Assembly (NCBI GenBank): GCA_023205875.1
Contig: CP060754.1
Span: 1,054,001 to 1,118,000, forward strand
Source of the DNA: Chloropicon primus
Lineage: Eukaryota
Length of the DNA stretch: 64,000 bases
Reading direction: 5' to 3'
Within the stretch, counting starts at the first letter, position 1. The number at the start of each line of letters is the position of its first letter. Positions 1 through 10,159 of the stretch are shown piece by piece. The notes under the pieces were generated by a model. That model saw only the letters and a list, made by a program, of their open reading frames with translations. It was not told the origin of the DNA and searched no databases. The translations under genes were made by a program, and so were the position numbers.

Positions 1-169
1 AGGAGGTGTGTCGTAGGGCGTCTGGCGTATTGTCCGCACGCACCGTGTGATCACTGATCCGCTTGATCTTCTTCTCCAAGCAAAGGACCTTTTGCTTTCT
101 CCACGAGTCCGCTCCCTCGTTCTCGATCCTTGGGTGGGGTAGGGAGTGTGGGGCCTCATCATCGGACAT
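1..169 (-). CDS. 5' part of an unknown protein running off the window edge (MSDDEAPHSLPHPRIENEGADSWRKQKVLCLEKKIKRISDH...)
   Basis: ATG at 169 on the minus strand, preceded by an in-frame TGA, with the frame open to position 1. Divergent from the ALDH gene. No recognisable domain. Confidence 0.4.
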   Translation of the reverse strand, partial: MSDDEAPHSLPHPRIENEGADSWRKQKVLCLEKKIKRISDHTVRADNTPDALRHTS

Positions 170-449
170 CGTGGTGGTGTCCTTGCTCCAGGGGATACGG
201 TTTCGGTTTCATTGCTCGGCGCCGCTCCGGAGGGAACGAGAGGCATCCAATATTGGAAGCACTTCGACTCTGATGAAGGGAGGGTGGGTCATCGGTCGAG
301 GGACTCAGAAGGTTGTTGTTGTGGGGAGACTTTGGGGTGGTCTGCGACAGAGGCCCAGGCAAGCGACGACGAGTGCAACACCGGGTTCTTTGACGTCATC
401 GGATTTCGTGAGGCCAGCGAGGAAACGCGTGTGTTACCCGGCGAGAGCG

Positions 450-2246
450 ATGGAACCGGCCTCGATGACTTCCGGCGCGACAGTGGGTGGTCTCGAGCTG
501 GACGAAGGCATCGAGTCGCTTGCGAGGAAGCAGGCGGAGTGGCGCCGGAAGTCCCCGAGGGAAAAGGCGGGCGTCGCCCGAACGGTGCTCGCAAGCCTGG
601 AGTCCCTCTCTTGGTCCGACGCCAAGTGGAACGGGACGCCGTGGGCGGAGGGGCAGCTGGTGCTCGAGGGGTACGACGCCAAGGCGAACTGCCGGGACTC
701 GCACGCCAAGGCACACGCCGCGAGCCAGAAGATGATTTTCGGGCTTGTCATCAAGAGATACTTGCAAAAGGTCATCAAGGAGCTCTCTGAGGGCGGGTCG
801 GGGTCGGAAAGACCCGCAAAAAAAGTTGGAGCCTACGATGTCTTCCCCTGCGATGCTCTCACCGTGCCTAAGGTGGCGGGCGAGGCGTGGTGCCTCCCGA
901 GCAGTGGGTCGCCAGAGGGCAGGAAGACGGCGCCAGAGGGCGTTTGCTTGGTGTTGGGGGCGGGGAACCAGAATTTCCTGAGCATGATCGACGTCTTGGA
1001 CAGGTTGTTCATGCACGACCAGGTGGTCATTCTCAAGCACCACCCTTTGAGGCCATTCTTGTTCGCCCCCTACGCGTCTATTTTGAGGCCCTTGACGGAC
1101 GCCGGACTGGTGCACCAGGTTCAGGACCAGGGCGTGGAGTTCAGCCAGATGATTTGTGGGCACTCTCTCGTCGATCACATCCACGTCACGGGGTCTGGGG
1201 CGACCCACGACGCCATCTGCAAGACGCTGGAGCGCGCCGGAAGGCAGTCTGACGTCGAAATCACCTGCGAACTTGGGTGCGTAACGCCCTGGATCGTTTC
1301 CAATGGCTCGTGGACCAAGAAAGAAATTGCGTTCCAGAGCAAGACCTTGGCCTTCTCAAAGAAATTTGGCGGTGGAGCGAATTGCCTTTCGCCGCAGGTA
1401 TTGATCGTGGACAACGATTGGCCTCAACTCGGATCCTTCCTGGATTCGCTCAAAGGAAGCCTGAGGTCTCTTCCGACTCCTCCAGCTTACTACCCGGGGG
1501 CCTCGAAGCGGCTTGATGCCTTGTGCTCCCAGTACGCGGATTCGCAAGTGGAGTCGGTGGCAGGAACCCCGCACCCATCGACTTTGAGCACTAGTGGCAC
1601 CTCCACGAAGCCCCTCCTGTCTGTTCAGCTCTTGGATTGCGGCTTGCACGGGGATGATGGATTCAATGACGCTGCCCTGAAAACGGAAGCCTTTGCACCT
1701 GTCCTTTCGATTGTCAGGGTCAAGGCAGGCAACGACACGAGGAGGTTCCTGAGACAAGCCGTAAACATCGCCAACGAGGAATGTGAGGGATCGTTGTCCT
1801 GCTCCGTCTCTTGCCCAGGCGCTGTCGCCGAAGGGAGCTCATTCAATGATGTCCTCGCAGATCTGAAGTTTGGCAGTGTTGGCGTGAACTGCTCCACCAC
1901 CTTTGGGTACGTCGCCACGACTGCAGGAGGTGGTTGGGGCGCTTATCCTGGCCTTTACAGCAAGGATGATTGCGGCAGCGGCAACGGCTATATTGGAAAC
2001 ATTGGCAACAGGTTAGGATACGCCAAGACAGTCGTGAAAAGTCCTTCTGTGAACAGCTTCGCGGACATATCGCAAGTACCGCCTGCGTTGATCTCCGAAA
2101 TTCTCTGCTCTTGCTTTCTGAGCAGCGGCACTTTGCAGGGAGCCGGCCGTGCGTTCTCTGTTCTTGTGAAGGCTCTTGTGAAGGCCTTTGCAGGCCTTTT
2201 CAGCTCGTCAAACGCTTCTAGGGGAGGATACAAGAGAATTGAGTAA
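450..2246 (+). CDS. Aldehyde dehydrogenase-family protein
   Basis: Motifs GVCLVLGAGNQNF, HIHVTGSGAT (NAD binding), ELGCVTPWIV (catalytic Glu), ANCLSPQ (catalytic Cys) and EAFAPVL. Start placed at ATG 450 (MEPASM) by judgement. Confidence 0.8.
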   Translation: MEPASMTSGATVGGLELDEGIESLARKQAEWRRKSPREKAGVARTVLASLESLSWSDAKWNGTPWAEGQLVLEGYDAKANCRDSHAKAHAASQKMIFGLVIKRYLQKVIKELSEGGSGSERPAKKVGAYDVFPCDALTVPKVAGEAWCLPSSGSPEGRKTAPEGVCLVLGAGNQNFLSMIDVLDRLFMHDQVVILKHHPLRPFLFAPYASILRPLTDAGLVHQVQDQGVEFSQMICGHSLVDHIHVTGSGATHDAICKTLERAGRQSDVEITCELGCVTPWIVSNGSWTKKEIAFQSKTLAFSKKFGGGANCLSPQVLIVDNDWPQLGSFLDSLKGSLRSLPTPPAYYPGASKRLDALCSQYADSQVESVAGTPHPSTLSTSGTSTKPLLSVQLLDCGLHGDDGFNDAALKTEAFAPVLSIVRVKAGNDTRRFLRQAVNIANEECEGSLSCSVSCPGAVAEGSSFNDVLADLKFGSVGVNCSTTFGYVATTAGGGWGAYPGLYSKDDCGSGNGYIGNIGNRLGYAKTVVKSPSVNSFADISQVPPALISEILCSCFLSSGTLQGAGRAFSVLVKALVKAFAGLFSSSNASRGGYKRIE

Positions 2247-2296
2247 GGGTCGGGGTCTGCAAAGAAGAAATAAAACCTAAACCACAACAGTTACTT

Positions 2297-5200
2297 TTAG
2301 GATTCAGAGTCACTCTCAAGTGTCATTTTCTTCCTTTTGCTTGGGGGCTTGTAGGTCTTCTTTTCTTTCTTTTCTCCCTCCTCGCCCTCTTTTTCCTTAT
2401 CATCGCCCCCTTCCTTATCTGATTCCTCTGGGTCTCCCAGCAAATCGGTCGACCAAGGGCTAGGCTCCTCCTCCTCCTTTTCCTTCCCTCCTCCAGGTTG
2501 CTTTGCGTCGTCCTCCTCCATCTTCCGCTTTCCCGGACGCGTAGCCCACTTCTCCTGCAAAGCGGCAAGTTTCTCGGCATTCCTCTGAGCCACGGCCTCC
2601 CGCTCTCTCTCCTCCGCCTCTCTCTTCAGCCTCTCTTCATTCTCCTGTTGCTTCAACTCCAAACGAGCGATCTCAACCTCCTCTTCGTATTCCTGGTCAG
2701 CTTTCTGCTTTTCCCTCATGTACGTCTCGACATTCCTCCGTGTTCTCTCCGCCTTGTCTCTCATCAGCGTGAGGTTCTTCTTCAAATCCTTCAGGCTCGC
2801 CCGATTGATGTCCAGCTCCACGTGCTTCTCCTTGTTGTTCTTCAATTCAAAAAGATAGTCGATGAAAAAAGCTGCAAGCTCCAGCCTCCCGATGGCGAAG
2901 TCAAGCTCATGCACCCGCTCGTCGTTCTCCATCGTTTCGGGTCGGTGTATGATCTCATGCGCATGGCCCATAAGAACGACGGCAAGGCAGTACTTCGATG
3001 GCAGCGAGGTGGGCTCGTGGTGAATCGTTTGAAGCAAAAGGGCAGTCGCCTCTTTTTTGTTGCCCGCGGCGTTGAGTGCTTGCGCCATGAGGTTTGAAAT
3101 CTCAACATTCTTCTGCAAATGGAAAGTCCTCTGGCAATAGTGGTAGGTTTTCCAAGCATCTTGGTAATGGCCGTTCTCCAAGTTGATGCTCGCTTTGTTC
3201 TGCCAAGCCTCTGGCATGTCAACAATCTTGATGTCCTGCTTGCTTGCATCCAGAATTTTGTCGAAGATCTTCTTCGCCACGAGACTTTCCCCGAGAAGGG
3301 CTAGACAGACTCCCATACCGAGGGCTGCGAACATGTTCCTCGGACTCGTCGTAACCGCTTGCTTGAACATCGTCAACGCATTGTTGAGCTGCTTCTGGTT
3401 CCCCTCTTTATTTCCCGCCCTCGACTCCTTATAGGCCGCCTGAAGGTACATGCCTCCAAGGGCAGTTTGAGTGAAGTCGTGCTCGTTGGGGCACTTCTTG
3501 TCCATCTCCCTTATGTACCTGTGCGCATCTTTGCTTTTGCCCTTCGCCAAGGAGATCCAAATCAGCATCGCAAGGCACTCGGCACTGTTCTCGTACTGGG
3601 AGAGACCCTGGACACAATACTTGATCGCCTTGTCATCGTAACCCATGGAGAAGCACACTGCAGCGAGTCGCAGTGTGCACTCCAAGTACCCCGGGACATC
3701 CGATAAGAGCTGCTTATACAGGTGGGATGCCTTTTGGAGCGACCCGAGGGCTTCGTGGGAGCGCGCAATGTTGTACCTGATCGGGAAAGAGTAGACCGTG
3801 TTCTCTGCGAGCTTCAGAGCCTTTCCGAACCAGACCAACGCCTTGTCGTGATGGCCGCACCGGTAGTGCATGACTCCGGTGTTGTTTATCATCAAGAGAG
3901 AGCTCTGCTCCGAGTCAGAGTCTTTCCCTTTCGTGTCCATCACGTGGCTGTAGTGCTCCAGTGCCTTTTTGGAATCAAGGCCCGCCAGGAGGTTGGCGAG
4001 GTATTCCTCGAGAAGAACGTTCTTCTTGTCGATGGCGAGGGCCCTCTGAGCGTACTGCACAGCTTTCTGCACCTCGCCCTGAGCCTTGTAAAGGACAGAG
4101 AGATTGATGAGAACCTCCAGGTCACCTTGGCTCGCGTCAGCGATGGCCTCCAGGGCTATGGTAGCCGATTGCACGTTGCCGTTCTTAATAAACACCTTTG
4201 CCATTCCGTGGTTTGGGAATATGTAGTCCTTGTCCTCAGCCTTGGCGCTCCTGAAGCACATCAAAGCCTGGTCCGATTGGTCGGCGAGGTAGTAGACCAT
4301 CCCCAGATAGTAGTAAGCCTCCGCCTTGATGGAAGACTCGTGAGTGTCCGACTCGATCACTTCTTGCGCCAGCTTCGCCACCACGTTGTACTCCCCCCTG
4401 TTGAACAGCTGCTCGCAAATGGAAATGAGATTGAAGGCAAGGTGCGGGTTCAGCTCGTAGGCCGCTTTCAGAAGAGCCAGCCCCCCTTTCAAGTCCTCCT
4501 TGTTCTTCGAGAGGACCTTGAGAGCTCCGAGGCCTGCCTTGGCTTCCGCAGAGGAGTCGTCCAACTGGGCTACCCTCTCGTAACACCGCTCCGCCATGTC
4601 GTGCCTCTTCAGCTGCAGGTAGCAGGCAGCCATCGCGAGCCTGACATAGTTCGGGCACCTCTCGGACCCGAGCGCCCTCAAAATCTTCCCGTAATGCCCG
4701 AGGGCCTCCGTGAACTTTCTTTGCCTGAAGCAGCAGTAGGCGCAGCCCAAGTGGCCGCTGCAGTTCACCTCACCCCCAAACTCCGGCAAGAGAGCGTTCT
4801 CGAAGCACTTCTTGGCACGGGTGTAGTCCTCCTTTGCCAGCTCAAGCTTCCCGTTGGCGATCCAGTGCTCCGTCATCCCCCTCGTCCGGTCTATGGCAGC
4901 CGCGCTCGTGAGGTAGTTCTCCGCCGCGACGAGGCAACTGGCCTTCTCCTCCGGCGTCTTGGCCGACATCGTTTCCTCTATCTTTGCCTCCGCCAGGGCG
5001 CAGAAGGCTTGGACCCGCTGAAGCTTCCCCGAGTTACCGTAGTGCTCCCCCACGTCGTCGCTCGTGAGCTCCTTCAGCATGATCAAGTACTGCTCCTTCA
5101 TGCCCTTGTTGTAGTAGACCCTCGCCGCGTCTATCCAGTACGTCAGCGGCGCCTCCTCTGCCTTGAACAAGTCCACCACGAGCTCTGCGTCTTTCATGTC

Positions 5201-5329
5201 CTCCCACGGAAGCACCACCGTGAGGTCCGAGTTCAGCGAAGGGATGTACAAAACGTCCCTCGCTCCCTCCTCCTCCCTCTTGCCTCCCTCAGGCCTCGCC
5301 CCTTCCTCCACCTCCATTGGCTCCACCAT
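2297..5329 (-). CDS. CTR9: PAF1 complex subunit CTR9 (TPR-repeat protein)
   Basis: N-terminal LYIPSLNSD...DLFKAEEAPLTYWIDAARVYY, long TPR array, NMFAALGMGVCLA, and coiled-coil/acidic C-terminus typical of CTR9/VIP6. First in-frame ATG at 5329. Confidence 0.85.
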   Translation of the reverse strand: MVEPMEVEEGARPEGGKREEEGARDVLYIPSLNSDLTVVLPWEDMKDAELVVDLFKAEEAPLTYWIDAARVYYNKGMKEQYLIMLKELTSDDVGEHYGNSGKLQRVQAFCALAEAKIEETMSAKTPEEKASCLVAAENYLTSAAAIDRTRGMTEHWIANGKLELAKEDYTRAKKCFENALLPEFGGEVNCSGHLGCAYCCFRQRKFTEALGHYGKILRALGSERCPNYVRLAMAACYLQLKRHDMAERCYERVAQLDDSSAEAKAGLGALKVLSKNKEDLKGGLALLKAAYELNPHLAFNLISICEQLFNRGEYNVVAKLAQEVIESDTHESSIKAEAYYYLGMVYYLADQSDQALMCFRSAKAEDKDYIFPNHGMAKVFIKNGNVQSATIALEAIADASQGDLEVLINLSVLYKAQGEVQKAVQYAQRALAIDKKNVLLEEYLANLLAGLDSKKALEHYSHVMDTKGKDSDSEQSSLLMINNTGVMHYRCGHHDKALVWFGKALKLAENTVYSFPIRYNIARSHEALGSLQKASHLYKQLLSDVPGYLECTLRLAAVCFSMGYDDKAIKYCVQGLSQYENSAECLAMLIWISLAKGKSKDAHRYIREMDKKCPNEHDFTQTALGGMYLQAAYKESRAGNKEGNQKQLNNALTMFKQAVTTSPRNMFAALGMGVCLALLGESLVAKKIFDKILDASKQDIKIVDMPEAWQNKASINLENGHYQDAWKTYHYCQRTFHLQKNVEISNLMAQALNAAGNKKEATALLLQTIHHEPTSLPSKYCLAVVLMGHAHEIIHRPETMENDERVHELDFAIGRLELAAFFIDYLFELKNNKEKHVELDINRASLKDLKKNLTLMRDKAERTRRNVETYMREKQKADQEYEEEVEIARLELKQQENEERLKREAEEREREAVAQRNAEKLAALQEKWATRPGKRKMEEDDAKQPGGGKEKEEEEPSPWSTDLLGDPEESDKEGGDDKEKEGEEGEKKEKKTYKPPSKRKKMTLESDSES

Positions 5330-5694
5330 CACGCCAAACCCAACAAGCGACCGACCAAACGAAAGCCCTTGAGACGTACTACACGAACGCACCCTTGCCC
5401 TTCCCTCTTCCTCTCTCTGTCGTGCGGAATACGCCGCCAAACCCAACCCACACGCGCGACGATCGGAGCGATCGCCGTCAAGGTAGAGGAAAGACAAAGA
5501 CGCAGATCTTTAAACCTAAAGGCCGAGGCGATCGATGCGAACGGTGGGGGTGTCCAAAGTTTGGACGAGAACGTGGAGAGGGTTTGGAAGAATTGGCGGG
5601 CGTTGAGGGGATTGGACGAAAGTGCGTCTCAAGGTCTTTCGTTTGGTTGGTCACTTGTTGGGTTTGAGGTTCTGTCAGTGGAGGGATCACCAAC

Positions 5695-7089
5695 ATGATG
5701 GAGGGTGCTCCCATCGTGTCGACCTCGAGGCAGGAGGAGCTGATCAAGGAGTTCGAGCTGAAGCGGCGGAGCAAGAGCATCGTCGTTCCGACGAATGATG
5801 GGCAGGTGCGCCAGCTGCTTCGGTCCCTGGGGGAGCCCATCACGCTGTTCGGGGAGAGGGAGGTGGACAGGAGGGACAGGCTGAGGGGGATACTGACTGG
5901 GCTCGATGCGGAGGGCAAGGGGGTGGCGACCACGATGGAGGTGGAGGAGGATGATGATGTGGAGGAGGTTCCGGTATCGGAGCTGTTTTACACGGAGGGT
6001 ACGGTCGCGCTCCTGGAGCACAGGAGGCGGGTGGCGAAGTCGTCGCTCGAGCGGGCGTCCCGGAGAGTCGCTTGGGCGAACTCGGAGGAGGGGCAGGGGC
6101 AGCTGAACAAGTCACGGGAGCGGCTCACCGGGGCTGCGAAGGAGGTCGGGGAGGACTGCAGCGAATTCGGGGACGACAGGCCGATATCGGACTGCAGCGT
6201 GTCGTCGTGCGGGAGGATCCTCTGCACGGCCAGCTGGAGCGGGACGTACAAGACCTGGGAGCTGGACGGGTGCAAGAAGGTCTCCAGCGTCGGCGCGCAC
6301 AGCGACAGGATCACCGGCGTCGCCCTGCACCCGAGGGCCGCGCTCGGATCCGACTCCGAGACCTTGCAGGTAGCCACTGCCTGCAGTGACGCCGCGGCGA
6401 AGCTTTGGTCCCCCTCGGGGAAGCTGCTTCACGCCCTCGAGGGACACACGGACAGGCTGGCGAGGATAAGCTTCGACCCCCTCGGGACCTCTGTGGCGAC
6501 CGCGTCGTACGACAAGACGTGGCGTCTTTGGGACTGCGAGACCGGGGTCAACCTGCTGGAGCAAGAGGGCCACAGCAGGCAGGTGTACTGCGTGGGGTTC
6601 CAGTGCGATGGATCTCTTTTGGTGTCCGGGGGGCTGGACGCCATCGGGAGGGTGTGGGACCTGAGGACGGGAAAGTGCATCCGGACGCTGAGGGGGCACA
6701 TCCAGGGGATTCTCTCCGCCGACTTTTCGCCGAACGGCCACCAAATAGCGACGGGAGGGGAGGACCATACCTGCTTGGTGTGGGACTTGAGGATGGGCCC
6801 CAACAAGATGAGGCAAGAGCACCTGTACACGATCGCGGCCCATCAGTCTTTGGTCTCCAAGGTGAGGTACGCCCCGGACCACGGCGCGGTCCTCCTCACG
6901 GCGAGCTACGACAGGAAGGTGAAGCTGTGGGACAGCAAGACCTTTTCCCTGCTGAGTTGCCTCGAGGGGCACGAGAACAAGGTCATGGGCGCGGACATCG
7001 TCCCCGCGACGAGGAGCGTCGTCAGCGTGGGATACGACAGGACCATAAAGGTGTGGAAGATGAAGGGGGACGCGGGCGAGGAGGCGTGA
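5695..7089 (+). CDS. PRPF4: U4/U6 snRNP protein PRP4 (WD40)
   Basis: PRP4 motif VPTNDGQVRQLLRSLGEPITLFGEREVDRRDRLR followed by seven WD40 repeats. Confidence 0.93.
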   Translation: MMEGAPIVSTSRQEELIKEFELKRRSKSIVVPTNDGQVRQLLRSLGEPITLFGEREVDRRDRLRGILTGLDAEGKGVATTMEVEEDDDVEEVPVSELFYTEGTVALLEHRRRVAKSSLERASRRVAWANSEEGQGQLNKSRERLTGAAKEVGEDCSEFGDDRPISDCSVSSCGRILCTASWSGTYKTWELDGCKKVSSVGAHSDRITGVALHPRAALGSDSETLQVATACSDAAAKLWSPSGKLLHALEGHTDRLARISFDPLGTSVATASYDKTWRLWDCETGVNLLEQEGHSRQVYCVGFQCDGSLLVSGGLDAIGRVWDLRTGKCIRTLRGHIQGILSADFSPNGHQIATGGEDHTCLVWDLRMGPNKMRQEHLYTIAAHQSLVSKVRYAPDHGAVLLTASYDRKVKLWDSKTFSLLSCLEGHENKVMGADIVPATRSVVSVGYDRTIKVWKMKGDAGEEA

Positions 7090-7139
7090 AACGCGTAACG
7101 CGTAACGCGTAAATCTATTTTATTGTAGTACTTGGGTCA

Positions 7140-7514
7140 TTATTCGAACTCCTCCGTTCTCGATCCGTCTGGGTCCGGACCCAAGGGGTACCGCCCGTAA
7201 CGGTCCTCGCGAATGAGGTAACCGTCATCGTCCCTGTAGATGGACTCGTCCTCCCCCCCGAAAAGGGAGAACACGAGCCACAGGAGGCCCGCCCCTCCGG
7301 CAAGCTTCAACATCGACCTCCGCTTCTCCACGCCTCGGTCCCTGTAATACCTCTGCCTCCGTCCTGGCCCCGGCCTCCTGTAGTCCTCCTCGTACACCGG
7401 CTCCGCCACCACCCGCCTGTCGCCCCTCCTGTTGGCGGCACCGCACCTCCCCCTCCCCCTCAGCCCTCCCCCTGGCCGAGGCTGCACCCCAGTAGTCGCC
7501 CTCGTCGCTCTCAT
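7140..7514 (-). CDS. Small hypothetical protein with probable plastid transit peptide and one TM helix
   Basis: Arg/Gly/Ala/Thr-rich N-terminus (MRATRATTGVQPRPGGGLRGRGRCGAA), hydrophobic stretch LAGGAGLLWLVFSLFGG, GC3-rich codons. Confidence 0.6.
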   Translation of the reverse strand: MRATRATTGVQPRPGGGLRGRGRCGAANRRGDRRVVAEPVYEEDYRRPGPGRRQRYYRDRGVEKRRSMLKLAGGAGLLWLVFSLFGGEDESIYRDDDGYLIREDRYGRYPLGPDPDGSRTEEFE

Positions 7515-7963
7515 CCTCACCAGAGCACCTTTTCCTTGCAAGCGAGGGCTCTTTCGAAAGATCAAGACACGACGTTTCCGACAGAACGCCTCTCCTCTCC
7601 CTCTAACCCCCCGACTTCTCCCCCTCTCTCGTCCCCCCTCTCCCCTCTGTCTCTCTCTCTCTCTGTCCCTCTGTCTCTCTTACTCGCTGGAACGAGGCGG
7701 CGAGGACGAGCGCAGCGAGGCTTGGGTTGGACGGCCGAGGGAGGGACGAGAGTTGGTTTTTCGACGAGAGCACGAAGATATTACTACGCGTGGTCTCCAG
7801 GGCTTTCGTATGACACCTTGTTTGAAGGTTTTGGCGAAGAAACCGTGAAGAAAGTCGTGGCGGCCGGAAAGTCTGTTGTGCAGTGCATGGAGGACGAGGA
7901 CGAGGGCGAGGGGGAAGCATAGCATAGCATTGGTTTTGGTTTTGTTGATAGGAGTGGTCGGTA

Positions 7964-9058
7964 GTGATGGTCGTCGGAAGCCTTTTCGCGGGACTGTTCG
8001 GTTCCGGGTCGCAGAAGAAGGAGGAGGAGAAGGGAAACGGGCTGTTCTCGAACGACAAGTACAAGAGGAGGGAGAAGGAGGCCGCTGTTGTTGTCGAGGA
8101 GGGGGCGAAGAAGGACGTGGAGGAGGCGAAGAAGGGGGGAAAGGCGAGGACCCATTCGCAGAGGCGCGCCTCCACCTCGAGGGACGACCTGCCGGAGAAG
8201 AGGGAGAGGACCATATTCGTCGGGAACGTCCCGTCGACCATAACGAAGAAAGCCCTGAAGAAGGTGTTCAGTGAATGCGGGAGCATCGAGTCGGTTCGCT
8301 TCAGGTCTCAGCCGCTGAACCTGGAGAACAAGATGCCCTACCACGACACGGCCCTGACGAGGCGGATTGCCGCAGTGAAGGGCATGGTACAGGCGGAGAG
8401 GACCCAGAAGGCCTACGTCGTCTTCAAGGCGGCCGAGGGCGCGGAGAAGGCCCTTCAGTTGAACATGACCAAAGTGGGCGACAAGCACATCATGGTCGAC
8501 TTTGCGGGAGCGAAGAGCACGAACATGGACGGGGCACCGGTCCAGTACGACCCGACCATGAGCGTGTTTTTGGGAAACTTGCCAGTCGACGTCGAGGAGG
8601 AGGAGGTCATAACCTTCTTCCACGGGGCGGACCACGTCCCTCAGGTCCAAGGAGAGATAGACGCGGTGAGGGTGGTGCACGACAGGAGCACGGGCCTGGG
8701 GAAGGGCTTCGGGTACGTGCTTTTCAAGACCAAGAACGCTGCGAAGGCGGCCATGCAGCTCAACGGAGAGAAGCTCAAGGAGAGGGAGGTGAGAGTGATG
8801 AAGGTGAAGGCGCAGAGCGGCGGAAAGGGAGGGGGGAATCCCAGCAAGGACGACAAGAGGACGAAGCTCGGGGCGTTCAAGAGGAGGAAGGGCGGCTCCA
8901 AGGCCAAAGGGAAGGCGGCACCTTGGCAAGGAATGAAGGCCAAGAGCAAGATCACGAAGAAGACTGCTCCAGGCAAAAAAGACAAGCTCCTCTCCTCCAA
9001 GGTCAAGAAGCACACGGCAAAGTCCACGACGAGAAAGATGAAGAAGACGAAGAGATAG
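7964..9058 (+). CDS. RBM34: Nucleolar two-RRM protein, RBM34/Nop12 family
   Basis: RRM1 (RTIFVGNVP, GSIESVRFRS), RRM2 (SVFLGNLP, GKGFGYVLF), Lys-rich tail. First ATG at 7967. Confidence 0.88.
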   Translation: MMVVGSLFAGLFGSGSQKKEEEKGNGLFSNDKYKRREKEAAVVVEEGAKKDVEEAKKGGKARTHSQRRASTSRDDLPEKRERTIFVGNVPSTITKKALKKVFSECGSIESVRFRSQPLNLENKMPYHDTALTRRIAAVKGMVQAERTQKAYVVFKAAEGAEKALQLNMTKVGDKHIMVDFAGAKSTNMDGAPVQYDPTMSVFLGNLPVDVEEEEVITFFHGADHVPQVQGEIDAVRVVHDRSTGLGKGFGYVLFKTKNAAKAAMQLNGEKLKEREVRVMKVKAQSGGKGGGNPSKDDKRTKLGAFKRRKGGSKAKGKAAPWQGMKAKSKITKKTAPGKKDKLLSSKVKKHTAKSTTRKMKKTKR

Positions 9059-9094
9059 GTCTTGCTCGTCGTTTAAAATACATTTAATACATTC

Positions 9095-9715
9095 TTATAC
9101 ATGTAACTTTTTGCTCGCAAGCGCGCTGGCGACGAGGGAGGACAAGACGAGGATGGCGAACACGGCTCGAGTCGAGCGGTCCCGCTTTGTGTCGAAGTTG
9201 ACCCGAGGAACCGTTTGAACGCCCTGCAGGGAATCGAGGAATTCCAAGTAGTCCTGGTCCAGCTTGTGGAACGCAGCCCCGGACTGGATCAAGGAAAGGT
9301 ACCTTGCTGTGGGCAGGGGGTCCGTGGGTTCCTCGGCCTGGATCCGCAGCTCCTCCTGGGAGACGAAAGCGCTGGCTTTGATGACCTTTTCACGGCTGCC
9401 TTCGGCCTCGTACGGCTCCACCTCCACCTCGATGACTCTGTACCCGACCTCAGCCCTCACCAGAGCCTCCCACTCCCTTTGGGACAACTCGTACACGACC
9501 CCGTGGACCTGATCAGAAGGAAAATTCTTGGCTTTGCCTTGCCCGTCAACTCCGATCTCGACGAGGTTCCCGTACCCCGCACGATGATCAAAGCACAAGC
9601 AGTGGTCGTTGAGCTTCACCCTGGTCGCCTTCTTCGCCGCTATCCCCCTCCGCTTGCACGTTTCCGGACTCAACATCGCTCCATAGGCAAAGTACGCTCG
9701 CCTCGTCCCCTCCAT
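9095..9715 (-). CDS. Gamma-glutamylcyclotransferase/AIG2-like protein with C-terminal membrane anchor
   Basis: YFAYGAML, VHGVVYEL, EVGY and PTARYLSLIQSGA motifs, plus a C-terminal hydrophobic segment. Confidence 0.8.
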   Translation of the reverse strand: MEGTRRAYFAYGAMLSPETCKRRGIAAKKATRVKLNDHCLCFDHRAGYGNLVEIGVDGQGKAKNFPSDQVHGVVYELSQREWEALVRAEVGYRVIEVEVEPYEAEGSREKVIKASAFVSQEELRIQAEEPTDPLPTARYLSLIQSGAAFHKLDQDYLEFLDSLQGVQTVPRVNFDTKRDRSTRAVFAILVLSSLVASALASKKLHV

Positions 9716-9741
9716 TCAACAATGAGAAGGATGGCGATGAT

Positions 9742-9979
9742 AGTGGTCCAGTTCTTCTAGGGAACCTGTGGTGTCCTCGACCCCGACTCCCCTCCTGTGG
9801 TGTCCTCCTCCTCAAGGATGCTCAGGAGGATCCCCAAGGAATGATCGAATCCCAAGGACTGGCGGTCCGATCGAGCCAATCGTCGCGGGTCTGCGGATGG
9901 TCAGAGCCCCAAGGAGTGGTCCAGTTCTTCTAGGGAACCTGTGGTGCCCTCAACCCCGACTCCCCTCCTGTGGTGTCCT
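9742..9979. repeat. 65-bp direct repeat pair (9742-9806 and 9915-9979)
   Basis: AGTGGTCCAGTTCTTCTAGGGAACCTGTGGTG[T/C]CCTC[G/A]ACCCCGACTCCCCTCCTGTGGTGTCCT occurs twice, 63/65 identical. Confidence 0.95.
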
Positions 9980-10159
9980 GGCATTGTTCATGTCGGAGCT
10001 CCTCTTCGCCATCCTCCTCGATGGAGTGGATGGATTCCCGCCAGGAGGGGAGGGGCGAAAGGAAAAGGGGAGCGAAAGGCGGAGAGAGGAGAGGTGATGG
10101 TTGGTGAAGGGAGCGAGAGAAGAGAGGAGGGGAGGGGGGGAGGGGAGGGGGGAGGGTTG

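Noticed and set aside
7090..7112. (AACGCGT)3 MluI/MCB-like repeat
   Set aside because: It lies between two convergent stop codons, not in a promoter. Likely slippage.
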